Source of the DNA: Catajapyx aquilonaris
Taxonomy: Eukaryota
Assembly (NCBI GenBank): GCA_000934665.2
Contig: JYFJ02002722.1
Location: forward strand, 1-52,030
Reading direction: 5' to 3'
DNA: 52,030 nucleotides
Shown one piece after another: positions 11,065 through 23,200 of this stretch. The position numbers were made by a program, and so were the translations under genes. Below the pieces are notes generated by a model, which did no database searches, was not told the origin of the DNA, and saw nothing but the letters and a program-made list of their open reading frames with translations. How positions within the stretch are numbered: the first letter of the stretch is position 1; each line of letters begins with the position of its first letter.

Positions 11065-14000
11065 GCAGATGCGGGAGGACCCATATGTTACCTGTTTTCG
11101 TCTACACCTTCATTATCAGGTTTTTTTCCTCCTCCCCTTGATTTATATGTTTCCCTTGACCCATATTTACTACCTTCTTAGCTCCCTTTATATTCACTTG
11201 AAAGACCTCTCTCATTTTTATTATGTGGTTCAAAGATCATGATGTATTTTATGAGGTCACTTGTTTACTGGTTTTTTTGTAACTTTTTTTTTTTTTTTTT
11301 GCTTCCTGTATTCAAACCAACTTTTAACTTGCATACCCCCATAGAAGGGGAACAATGAAGAAAAGATTATAGTGGGAATACAGATGCTGTAGTAGCATCG
11401 CAAAGAGAAACACACACCAAACAAAACGAAACACAACACTTGGGGGTTCCATAAGAGGTTTATTTTTGTACGCAATCTTTCCCCCCAAGAAAGTAAGGTT
11501 TCATCGAGAGTATGCAAACTCCGAGTTGCAACACTTTAAAGAACTGAACATTCACAGGCGTTGAGAGTTTTTTTGTCGAACATTCTGTACTCTACAGTAT
11601 TAAGAACAAGTGAGTCTTTCTTCCATAAGTCAGAAAATGACGCCTGTTTTTAGCTAATAGCAAGGAGCACAAAAGAAAGAAATGTGGATAAGTATAATTT
11701 GCTTGGTTAATTTTTATTCCCCCTTTAAAAAAATAAAAACCAGCGTTGTGAAGTCAAAAGATGAGGTCATCTCGGGAGTGCTGTGATAACAATATGAAGC
11801 CAACAGTGGCAAATGTACAGCAAACAAACGTGCAATTCTAGGTAGCAATGAATCAACAAGCGTGTTTTTAGTCTTGTATAGTCGTTTACAAACAAAAAGT
11901 TGGTACACACCAATGAGGGAGGTCCCGATTGATTAATAACTTTTTGGTCCAAGTGAGAACTGAGCGGTACCTGATTCAAAATAAGAACAAGCAGTGCGTT
12001 GCAAAGCAAAGGAGAGGCATTAATATGGTTTTGTTAATTTTGTTATTGTTGCTTGCACTTCGTTAGGAGGTTGGAATCATGAAAAACCAAGTGTTCCTAT
12101 GAAAAAGTTTGGGGTGGGCAACGTGCTTTGTACAGAGAGAGCAGACGCTTTATATTTTTGTTAGAAATGGTTCATTCCGGAATGAGAAGGTAGCAGAAAA
12201 CGCGCGTCTCTCCCTGTGTTGTCTCCCTTTTAATTTTTTTAGAAATGAAAAGACCAATACTTGTTTGCATGGATTTAAGAGCCAAACCCTCACTTTTTCA
12301 CAAAGCCTCGTTTAAGAACTGAATAAAGCACAAACTAGAGAAATTTCCAACACGAGTCATTGCTAGGGAGCGGAGAAGAACAAAGATACGAGCTCTGATG
12401 CACCCAACTTACAAAGATGCAAAAGGTAGAATTTCTTGCAAAGGGCACATTTTTCGCCTGATTGTGCATTTTAAACCTCTGCGGAGTGCATGCAGCTGGA
12501 AGGAAAAGACTGATAAAACGAGCAATTATTACCCAAGGTGACGTTGGAAGTGATCAGTAAAAGGCATGTAGATTTCGTGCAGGGTGAGTTAATTAGGTTC
12601 GAAAGCATTAATGGGAAATTTTGGGGACAATTTGACGTGGATAATTTTTGCAATAATGGCATGTTGTGCACTGATTTCCAATGCCCGGTACTTAATATTG
12701 CACACTGAGGAAAGTTGGGTTTATGTAATGGCAGCTAAGGGTTCACTTTTGTGCAAACTGGATAATTCCTTCACTGAAGTTTGCATCATTGTGAAATTTG
12801 GCAATAGGAAAGTCAGTGGCCATTACGTATGCCCTTTGATATGGATAAGAGAGAGAGAAGGCTAGTGCTCACCTGCCAAGGGATGTAAAGGTAATAAAAA
12901 GAATTGGGAGTCTGTTGCTTACCATTCCACCAATGTCTACGGGTAACACTGTATAGAGGAAAAGAACGTTGGGAAGCCAAGAAGATTTACGTAACCTCCC
13001 AGAGCTCAAACAAGTTTAAACGAATGGCTCTTGTAACAACCTGTGAGTGTGTATTATGAGTGCGTGTGAGAGAGAGCAAGTAGAGAGCAAGAGATCTATA
13101 CATATGTATAATACAACAATCCCCCTCTCCCCTCTTCAAAGGAAGTAAGATGGGAGTCACTCAAAAGCGCTCTGAATCATTAAGAAAATAATAATAATAA
13201 ATAAGATATAAAAACCTACCTGAAGACTGCCTAAGAATAACATAAGGAAAAATAATGCACGTGAAAAATACTCGTATCATATTTTTGTAGACCTTTAGAA
13301 TGCGAGTTTGAGACGATATTCCAGCGACTTTGGTCCCCGGGAGGGTAGAAAGCACGTGGGTGGGTGGTCATGGGGGGACAAGTCGTTTTTTTGAACATCA
13401 GGAGTCGCCACACAAAGAAGACACCTGGTTGGCCTAACAATGCTTGCTGTGCAAGTGAAACAACAATACACCCTCTCCTTTTCCCACCCGTGTACTACCT
13501 ACAAAAACTTCACCCCCCAAACCCCCCCTTGGAACCCCTTTGCCCTCTCTAAAAGTGATAATCTGTATCGTAGATACGTATGTTCTCCACCAAGTGAGAG
13601 AGACCGAATATAAGGCTGGTGTGGACGTCACAATGTGTTGAAAGATATTGCCCCTACTAGGGAAAAAAGGGTTGTTGGCGTGCAGTTAAACCTGCCAAGT
13701 TGGACACCCTCTATTACCATAGGAGTCCAACACAGTGTCCATTGTGTTTTAGGTCGTTGGACTCTTGCAAATATAATAATGTATGACTTGTACCACATAT
13801 GTGTACATCTTTGGAAGGTGTTCAGCTTGGCGGTTTTTCTGCAGTCAAAGAAGGTGCTGGCACTTCAGGGTGAGAATCAATGTCAAATGACCAAACCAAT
13901 ATTTTTCTGTCAACTGTAGCTGACATAAGGTTTTTTGGTGTTGTCGGTTATGGTGTATAGCTTAATCTACAATGATACTGCTCCTCGGTGTGGTCAGTAG

Positions 14001-14754
14001 AAAATGTCACCGTCAGATTATCAGCTTGTTATATACCTGTGCTGGTTTCGTCACTTGCCATTATTGGCATCCGGGGGCCTCGATTTTATTCGGTGGGTGA
14101 TGTGCAATTTTTAGGGGTACACTACAGTATATTTTTGGAGGTCAGTCCACCCTACCAATGTATAAACACGTATTTATATCTATTTAGATCTCAGACGAGG
14201 GTCGTGCAAGCTCCAAAAAGTAAAATTAGAAGAGTCCAAAAGTCCACATCAGCCTTGATGCATGTCCTAATAACAAGAGAGGGAAAGAGCTTTAATGCTG
14301 TAATTATTTTTTTTTTGGTCTTACTTTGTCTTGACCTTTTCCTGAGTGGTAGCAGAGGCACAACAGCCATCAGGAGGGTGTATTTTAAGGTGGGGGGGAA
14401 GAAGAAGATTTCCATCAATGCATTTTTTTGGTGTTCTGTACATAATGCAGGAAAAGAAGTGATTTTTCCTTCTTTTTTTTTTTTTTAAGAAAAAAGAAAA
14501 TCCTATTCCGAAGACTCTGCGCAAGTCTCAAAATGTCACGGGGGTACGGATTTTAAGGAATATACGAGACTGAGACTCTTCATGAGACGAACTAAAGAGT
14601 GCCACATGAATAAGAATACCGTGCCATTAAGCATAATGATGTCTCCCTCTCTCCCCGATTCCTTCCTTTGTCCCATTTCCCTCAATCCTGCCCCTCCAAG
14701 CTCCACCCTCCATCATTTTTTTAGGAGGGCAGGGGAAAGAAAAAAAAACTTTTA

Positions 14755-14817
14755 AAACTGCATAATAGCAAACATGCCAGGAGATTAAACTGCATATTAG
14801 CAACACGCCAGGAGATT
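14755..14817. repeat. Two-copy ~32-bp tandem duplication
   Basis: AAACTGCATAATAGCAAACATGCCAGGAGATT is followed by AAACTGCATATTAGCAACACGCCAGGAGATT. Confidence 0.85.
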
Positions 14818-17800
14818 GCTCAGTTTGTAGTTAAATGCGCAAGTGTTTGGAACACTGTCAGATCCTGTGTCCCCCCCCCCCCNCCCCCCCCCCCTTTACC
14901 GTTAATGATACCTCTTTTATTTTTTTGCATATCGTATGAGTTTTCCATACCACGTTAGTTTTTACCAAGTTCGTGTCTACCTAAACCTGATCCCAAGATA
15001 CTAGTAGTTGCCAAGCATAAACGTGTGTAGGTAGTAGTAACGTTGTACTGAAGGGCAAGAAGCCTGCCAATCACTCCCTTTATTAACCCATTCTTAATTG
15101 CTTTCAACTGTTGTTAAATGCAAGCAAGTCCTGCTTTACAAGTTGAAGTGAACTCAAATTGAGCAGAACTCTCTACAGTCCAGTGGGAATAATACCTCTG
15201 TTTGACTTGATTATTACCAGTTATTGAACAATTGTAGGACTTTTGATCGAATGGGTTAAGGAAAGGTTTCACATGTGTTCCTCCAGTCCACCCAAAGAAA
15301 ATGCGTTGATTGGTAACTACAAGTGATTGGGAGGTTTCATGCTGTCAATACGGGGATTGCCTATAAATGCAGATGGGAGAAAAAGAGCGTCTCCTATTTT
15401 CAATCCAGGCGACTCTTCCAGCGAAATAATTTCAAATGACAAAAAGAGCAATCTCACTTTTAACTGTCAACAAGCGGGACTGACTACTTTTTAGAGCAAA
15501 GAATATTGCCTGTCTGTTGTGACGCAAAGACTGACACACGGGACAACAAACCTATATTTCATTAAGAATAGCTACCTTGGCAGGCAGGTTCCATGTAAAA
15601 AATAATAATTCTTTGGCAGACAAACAGTAAACTTCTTGGTTGAAATTGGTGCTTGTCTGTTGTAGCCAAATTATCATTATTATTCCTCCTCTAAATATTC
15701 CATCATTGGGTCATATCAGAGGAAGAACAAATAAATAATAAATAAAAAAGGCTGTTGAACGCTTTTGTGCCCTGGTGATTAACAGCAAGAGATAAAGAGT
15801 GGGAGAAAGTATTTTAGTGACACTATCACAGTAGAGTCATTCCAAAATCGTTTTTATAGAAAATGTCAGCAATTTTAGTTCAAGTCATCAGCTGACAAAG
15901 TGATGAAACAAGATTTATTTTTTTCCATCAATACAAGTGGCAAAGTTGCAGGGGGGCTCTTGTTTTTAAAAAAAGAAATATATTTATTATACACCTTTAG
16001 AAAATTTCACCTATTTTCCAAGTCACTGGTGAAAACGTAGAGTCAAAAGTTACATAAAAACTAAGCTCATCTAGTCACTCTACGAAAGGTGTATTTTTTT
16101 TCTCCTCCTTCGATTTGTCCCCCTGGCATACTTTGGCCGTTTTAGTTTTTGTGTTTGTGTTTTTTTTGTAGCAGCTGCCCTGTCACCAAAATGGGGATGA
16201 GTTGTTGCCGTGAAAGAGGCGTGTTTTAAAGAAATGTCCTGTACTTTAGATTGGAACGTTTCAGGCATTTGATGTCGTTTTTTCCCTGTCGATCACACGG
16301 TGTGCTAATTTGCGATTGGGCAAATATGTGTCGACAATTTGTTGATTTGTTCCTAGAAATTGTAGGCAAGGGATTAAAATGCACCCCTGAGTATTATTTT
16401 TATAAATACTAATCTTCAAAATTTCCTTTTTGAGATGTAAGGACAACTTTATATGTTATACGATATATATACACACAGATTGTGAACATTTCCTTTGTTT
16501 TAGCTAATTGAGAAAATATATAATACATGTAGCATATTAAAATACACACCTATAGAGAGTATCTATTGATGTAATTGCTAGTGTGGGGACTACTGGGGGT
16601 GCCATTTTACTTTTTCCTCCAAATATTATAGGGAAGGGTTTTTTTCCAGTTTTTTGGGTGGGTGAATTATTAAGGCTTTCTTCACAATAAGCTCTATATA
16701 TTCAATGATTATGTGTATCACTTTATTTCGTGGTGAAAATGTAATGATGGGGTTAATTATTTTTTTTGGTGAATTATGTGTGTGTATATTACTAGATGGT
16801 GGTGGTATTGTGAGTAGTCGTTGCATGTCCTGTAACGTTTTTCTTCACACAGTATCAGTAATTACACACTTGTATGTCCTATTTGGAAAAAAAATCAATC
16901 ATGTAAAATTGTAGTTTCATGGAGCATTTGTGGCTTATGAGGCGTTTACAATGGTGTCTGTAACCTGAACTGTAATAGTCGACTTGATGAGTTTTGTTCA
17001 TCATGGTTCCTTTTTTTCTGAAGGCAGGTGCAAGTCTGTGAGTACTTTCCGATGGTGACCTAGTCAAGAATTTAAGAGTGTGTAAAGGCACTAAGTGGCC
17101 GGTGATATGATTAGACAGGGAAGGAAAAGGGTAATACTGGAGATGTGAACGTTACCTTGCACACCTTATGCCAATTTAATTATTCTTCCATAGCACATAG
17201 CCTGCTCGTGCACCAAATTAAGAAGGAAGAGACAAAGTGATTCGTGATAACAAAAAGCTATATTTTGCGTAGTTTTCAGCGTGTCGATGGCTGGAATAGC
17301 TGAAGAACTCTGCTCGGAAATCCAACCTGCACATATGGTTCGGTGTATGTAGATTTGGTCCATGTGTCCACCAAGCACTGACACCAAATGAACAGGTTGT
17401 GATCGTTTGCATTCGCTTCGTTTACACAGGCCATTGGAAAAACAAATTATAGCTACATAAACTGTACCTGTGAATATGATTGCTCTCTGTTTAAACTATT
17501 GGCTGTGCCTCCTTTAATTCGCAAAATGTGTGCTGATAAGGAAGATTTCCAGTCTTGCGTGGAATATCGTATCTCAAGGAATCATTCACCATCCGAGGGG
17601 CATAGGTTCGATCTTGGAGAATCATGCCATTGTTCTAAGTCAACTAAGTATTGAACAGATCTGATAGTTCGTATGAGGTGATTGTGCCGCAGTGCCCTTT
17701 ACACACCTGCAATATGTTTAACACCAGTAAGTGACGGCCAAAGTGCAACTGCCAGACATGCAAGCGACTCTTAGCATCAACGAGTAAAAGGAAACTTGAT

Positions 17801-20278
17801 GGCCAATAAACCAAACCGCCCTCACTGTTCATGTCAAGGAAATCTGATCTGATGTTGTGTATTGTGCTTCTGAAAATGTATCTCCCTGGCGTACATCATG
17901 TCAATGTATACTGTTCTAAATGGAAGATAAAAATTTGTTGGTCACATTCTGTGATGGGCACCATTAAATTCAGTTTGATTCATTCCAGTTTTATTCAATA
18001 TGTCCATTTCCATTCACTTCCTATAATTTATTTATTTCAGTACGAAATCAACGTACAGCAGATTTTGCGGACAGTCATAATTCCACTTTATGCAGACTTC
18101 GCCGTATGCCATTCCAGGATGGAAGCAGGAAAATTACTTACACAGAAGCTGAAAATGACCTGCATACATCCAGCCAGCATCTTGCAGCACCTGAAGAAGG
18201 TAACAAGGATGTCGGAAGGCTTGAGTGTCAAAGATCACTTTTATTTCCAAGTATTTATGAAACTATTCTACAATAGTTGATGTTATCAATGATTTTAGAT
18301 TTGCATTTTTTAAATATTCTTTACACAATTGAAGGCTTGACAGAAACAATTTGGCGAGTCCACTTAGTGGACCCTTCAACTTGTTACCCTCAACCGCCAA
18401 CCTCTTTTTTTCTTCTTCATGTAGCCCTTGAGCTTGCACCCTGACCAACTGAATTTGAGACTAAACTTCCGTTAAGATTTCCAGATCTACGTCCATCCCA
18501 CCCTGAAGTAATAATAAATCCAAAGGAAATATTTTCTGACACACCAACTAGTCATGTAAATTTGGAGGGGGGAAAAAAGGAGTAAACCAACAACAGTTTT
18601 CAGCTACCGAAAAATATTTAAATGAAAACGAGTGCCAGCTCAACAACTACAAAGTTGAATAGAAATGACCAGGAGGAAAAGAGATCCGTTCCAAAAACAG
18701 GAAATGAAATTTTGGATGTCCCGCACTGTTTTCTTTTTTTTTTGTTTTACAAACACGGGAACGTGAGAGGGGGGGGGAGGGAGTCACTTAAAAACTACCA
18801 ACAATACATCTGACCCCCTCTCTCCATTTCAAAAAAAGAAAAAGAAAAACCAAAAAAGAAAATAATTGTCCTTAACAATATGGTTTTTGTGGTTTCCTAC
18901 AAGATTCTGAGCAACTCTTTCTTGCCTATTTAACCCCACGTATGTACTGAAAAACTCCCAAAAGCTAAAATGGAAGCCTACAAAAGTTTGCAGAGAAAAA
19001 AATTAATTGGGGGGGCAGTAAAAAGGGGTGTGGGGGCAGTCAATATTTTTCTTTTCTTTTCTTTCTCTTACGCTCGCACGCTCACTCTCGCTCACTTCCA
19101 TGTACATTCACACTAGCGGAATGGACAAGAGGAAAATATGACTTGGGGGTAAAAAGGGAGGATTTGAAAACTGTCACATGGAGAGGATAAAGTGTGGGGG
19201 AAAGAGAACGTAAACAAATACCGTATTGTGCTGTAAAGAGAGGTTTCACTGCTGCTAAATTCCATCACATTTTGTAGATTTTTTTGGGGGGTGAAAATGT
19301 CTTCTCCATTTTCTCTCTCCTTTTTTTGTGATAATCCTTGTTTTTGTAAATCCTACGACACACAATATTGTTGCTACACACAAACACTGGTGGTCCACAA
19401 GCACACACCACACTGAGGTTAGTATGGTCATATCACAGTGTATCGTCATGTTAGGGGGGGGGAAGAAAAAAATTTCCATATTTTTTTAAATAGGTCAGGG
19501 ATGCACATACATTCGTTTCTTGATATCCTCAGGAGGTAAACTTTGAGATACATTTGTACAAATCTGCCCCTGTCACTCGTGAATTTGAACACAATTCTTT
19601 TTTTTAATTCTTAGCAACATAATTCCCCATTCTTCACAGTCAGGTCCGAAACAATTGGCCATAGATGGGCACCACACAAGTACAACAGTTGCTCAAATAC
19701 TGTCACACATAGGTCGGTATTGCTCGAGCACACTAGCTTGGCGCGTCGATAGGAGGGGCAGGGCAGTTCCGCATCCTTCCGTAGGGGAGGTCACGCGCTT
19801 GTTGCTAGCACAGTGATGGTTCTTCCATCAACGAGATAACCCTTGCCTCTCTACAACAGCATGGGGACTGCCACATCTCTCTTATCAACATATACCAAGT
19901 GCAAGTGCATGGCTTAGAAGCACAGACTGCAAAGGAAGCCGAGCAGCACCTTCAAACGTTCAAATTAACCCCCATTTTGACCATTACTGTGCCAACTGCT
20001 TTGAGAGACAGCAACGTCACTCCACTCCACAGAATATGCAAAATGTCTATGCCAAAACGAGGCTGCGCCCTGTCTGCTCCTCCCAAGTTCGCCTGCCAGG
20101 CTGCACTTCTAAGCCAAGAGTGCACGAACTATTGGGGTGGGGGGAAGGAGAGGTGAGAATAGACACTGAGACGAATAAATTAAACCGCACTACACACTTC
20201 TCCGGAGTGAGCTGTGAGGCTCCCCACACAAGTTCAATTTCCTAAAAAGACTTGGAGCCCGCCTCACTGCCACCCCCA

Positions 20279-23200
20279 TCATGTTTTCCAGTTCATTGCT
20301 CCCCCCTGCTGAGGCAAGGTGCGTGGTGGGATCATGTCGAGCAAGTACTGGCGCTGCAATTCTGCTAAACTGGCAGGGGTCACTGGCCCTTTGCCACTGG
20401 CCGCCATTGCAAGTTGGTATGGATACAACAAGGGGCCGAATGGAGCTAGCAAGTGGGCAGGGAGCGGCTGCGGTGGAGGAGGCGGCGGCGGAGGCGGGAG
20501 GCGGAGCAGCTGCTGGTGGGCTGCTTGGAGTGCAGCAGCTGATGGTGACACCGACCCAAACTTTGGGTCCGCCAGCTTGGGCAATGAGGAGCTTGGTGAT
20601 GGTGATGACGATGCTTGGGTTGTGGTTAGGGATATGGGTGGCGGATGTGATGAAGGGGGCGGTATTTGTGGTTGGGATTGGATGGTTGGGGATGGGGAGG
20701 ATGACGAGGCAGAGTTCGGAGTCCCCGACTTCGGAGCCATGGAGCCCATCGAGGATGGGTCCGACTGATGGGCCGAATGTGGGGAATTGGCCACTTGCGC
20801 CATTCGCTGCTCGATTTCCTGCTCCTGCTGCAGTGCTTTCACAAAGGCAGTCTTCAGCCGGTTTGTGTGTTCCGCTTTCAGGGCCTTCTTCACATTGGTA
20901 GTCACACACTGTTCACATATAACCTTCGTCTCCTTCCCTGTTTTTGTGACAAGAAAAGACATTGTTTAAAATGTGGCTCCAGTGTTTACATGGAATATTC
21001 AGTGCGGAAACTTATATTTCATCATCAACCCACTACTGGACCCAACCAAGTCCAGTTTCCTTAGTGCTGTGTAAAATGACCTAACAAATAATAGAACTCA
21101 GGAAAACTGGGTGCAGGAGCATGCTAGGAAAACAAAAGGGTAATACAAAACGAAAATGCGACAACGTACTGTGCTGACCTTTGCTGTTCTTGTCCCACTT
21201 CCAGACTGGAGTGAAGTCAGTGTTGCACTGTGAGCAGGTGAAGGGGTCGGGAGCCACCTGGTTGAGCCTGGGATCCCGAGTGATGAAGTCCACGACGTGC
21301 TCAAGCCCCAGCAGGTAGATGAACTCCGTGTTGGAAGGGTTCGGGATGAAGTGCATCTCCGGTGGAGGGGGCTTTGGAGGAGGGATCTGAAAAATGCAAA
21401 TGGTAAAGAAAAGGGGGCATGATTGCCGCTATGAAAGAAACACAATAACTTCAGGAACCACCCCCATACTTCTCAGGCATCCACATTGAAGGGGGGAAAA
21501 AACAAGCAGATCTTACTTGAGGACCCTGCAACTTGGGCTTTATTTCAAAAAACTATCCCATAAAAAGACAAAATGAGAATGTTTTTCAAAATAAGCCTGA
21601 TGCAACAGTTCTCAAAAAAATGTACACTAGACACTTCTTTTTTGGGGGGACAAGGGTAGGATGGTTTCCCACAGTTAAGCAAAAAAGAACTGAGGCCAGA
21701 ACCGAGACGAATACAAAAAAAGAGAACCAGCCATGCCTACAGCCCTCTAAAAAAAATTTGCATTTCCCCAAGAAAAACACAACTAAACTATAAAACAGGA
21801 GTCACCAGGTGATCCAAAAAACAGGAAACCAATCAGCGTCCAAGAAAAAGAGTCCAGGAGGGAACCAAAGGTGAAGGAAACAAAGACGGGGCTGGGGTTT
21901 AAGAACAGATGGCGAAAAAACCACATTCTTAATGCAAAAATAGAGAGAGGATATATATGTATAAAAAGTGTGCATGTAAAAGAGTGGGGGATGGCTGTCC
22001 TGAGATCATCATCATCACTCGGCTCTCGCAAAGGGCGCGCTGTTCCCATAGCTCAGCCTCATCTTTTTGGCATTCAATCATCATTACCTGCTGTAAAGAA
22101 GGAAGAATACAATCAGACAAGACCCCATCCCGGATGACAAGGAAAAAAAAAATGCGTTAAAAATCTTCTCCCTCAACTCTCTGCCCTGCCTCTCACTAAA
22201 CATTTTCTAATGTTTTCTTCCTATTTTTTGGATCACCCTGACCAAACAAAAAAAAAACAAGGCGGAGAAAAAAACTAAAATAAAAAGGTGGAAAAAAAAA
22301 TGGTAGCGCTGGAGATAGGCCGACACCCACCTGTAGTAGTGTCTTCTCCAGCTGCTTCCTCAACGCCAGTTTGGCTGCAGCCTGCCTCTGAGCCGGGGTC
22401 TGGTTGTCGTCTCCACGAGACCGGTCCTACATAGGTGAGGATATGCCAAATTTTGTGGGTTTCAAAAAACAAATCTTTCCAAAACGTCATCTTAAGCAGG
22501 TGCCCCCAGTAAAAATGGTTTTGCATCATTCTTGGTTTCACTTGTTGGACATTTTCCAGACAAGAGTTCAAGTGCTGTCACAACTCTATTGCCTTCAGCC
22601 AGGATTTTTAATGCAACTTTTACAAGCCACCAGATATTTTAATAATCCAGAGCATAAATATGAAGAGTACGCAGCATGTGACTTCCACTCTACAGCTACT
22701 TGCTCTGTCTTCCGTCACAACTGCTATAAGCTTGTCCTGGATTGCAACAATTGCTAACGGAGCTCTATTACTATCTAAATGGTAATCACCATATTAAACA
22801 CCATATGACATTATTTATGCAATGTTCCTAGAATATTAACAGTAAGTAGTATGACCAATCAGCGATGAGATCACTCTTTCCGAGACCTTACTCGGCAACT
22901 TTGAAATAGTTGTGCAGTAGTAATAAATTATCTGCAAAACAACAATGTCACAAGAGCCATCTCAACTCTTCTTGGTGGATGTTAATGTAAGCAGGACATT
23001 ACAATTAAATTATTTATAATTGCATTTTACTGGCTAATAAAAGGATGTCAATATGCAAGGCAGGTTAGTGCTATAGACGGCTGTGCTCCACAAGTGTTCA
23101 CTAAGTCTACATGTAGCGGGGTATGTGTACCAACACAGTAACTGCCATGATCCTTAATCATCGTAAGCAGTAGTAGGAGAGTGGGTTGTAACAGTACACT

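Noticed and set aside
14870..14893. Poly-C run with N (also poly-G with NN at ~35267-35280)
   Set aside because: These are homopolymer sequencing or assembly uncertainties rather than features.
15610..15672. GCAGACAA/TTGTCTGT hairpin as pre-miRNA
   Set aside because: The stem is too short and interrupted, and I recognise no mature miRNA.
20190..20909. Overlapping long ORFs in other frames of the GATAD2 last exon
   Set aside because: They are by-products of GC-rich Pro/Ser/Ala coding sequence.
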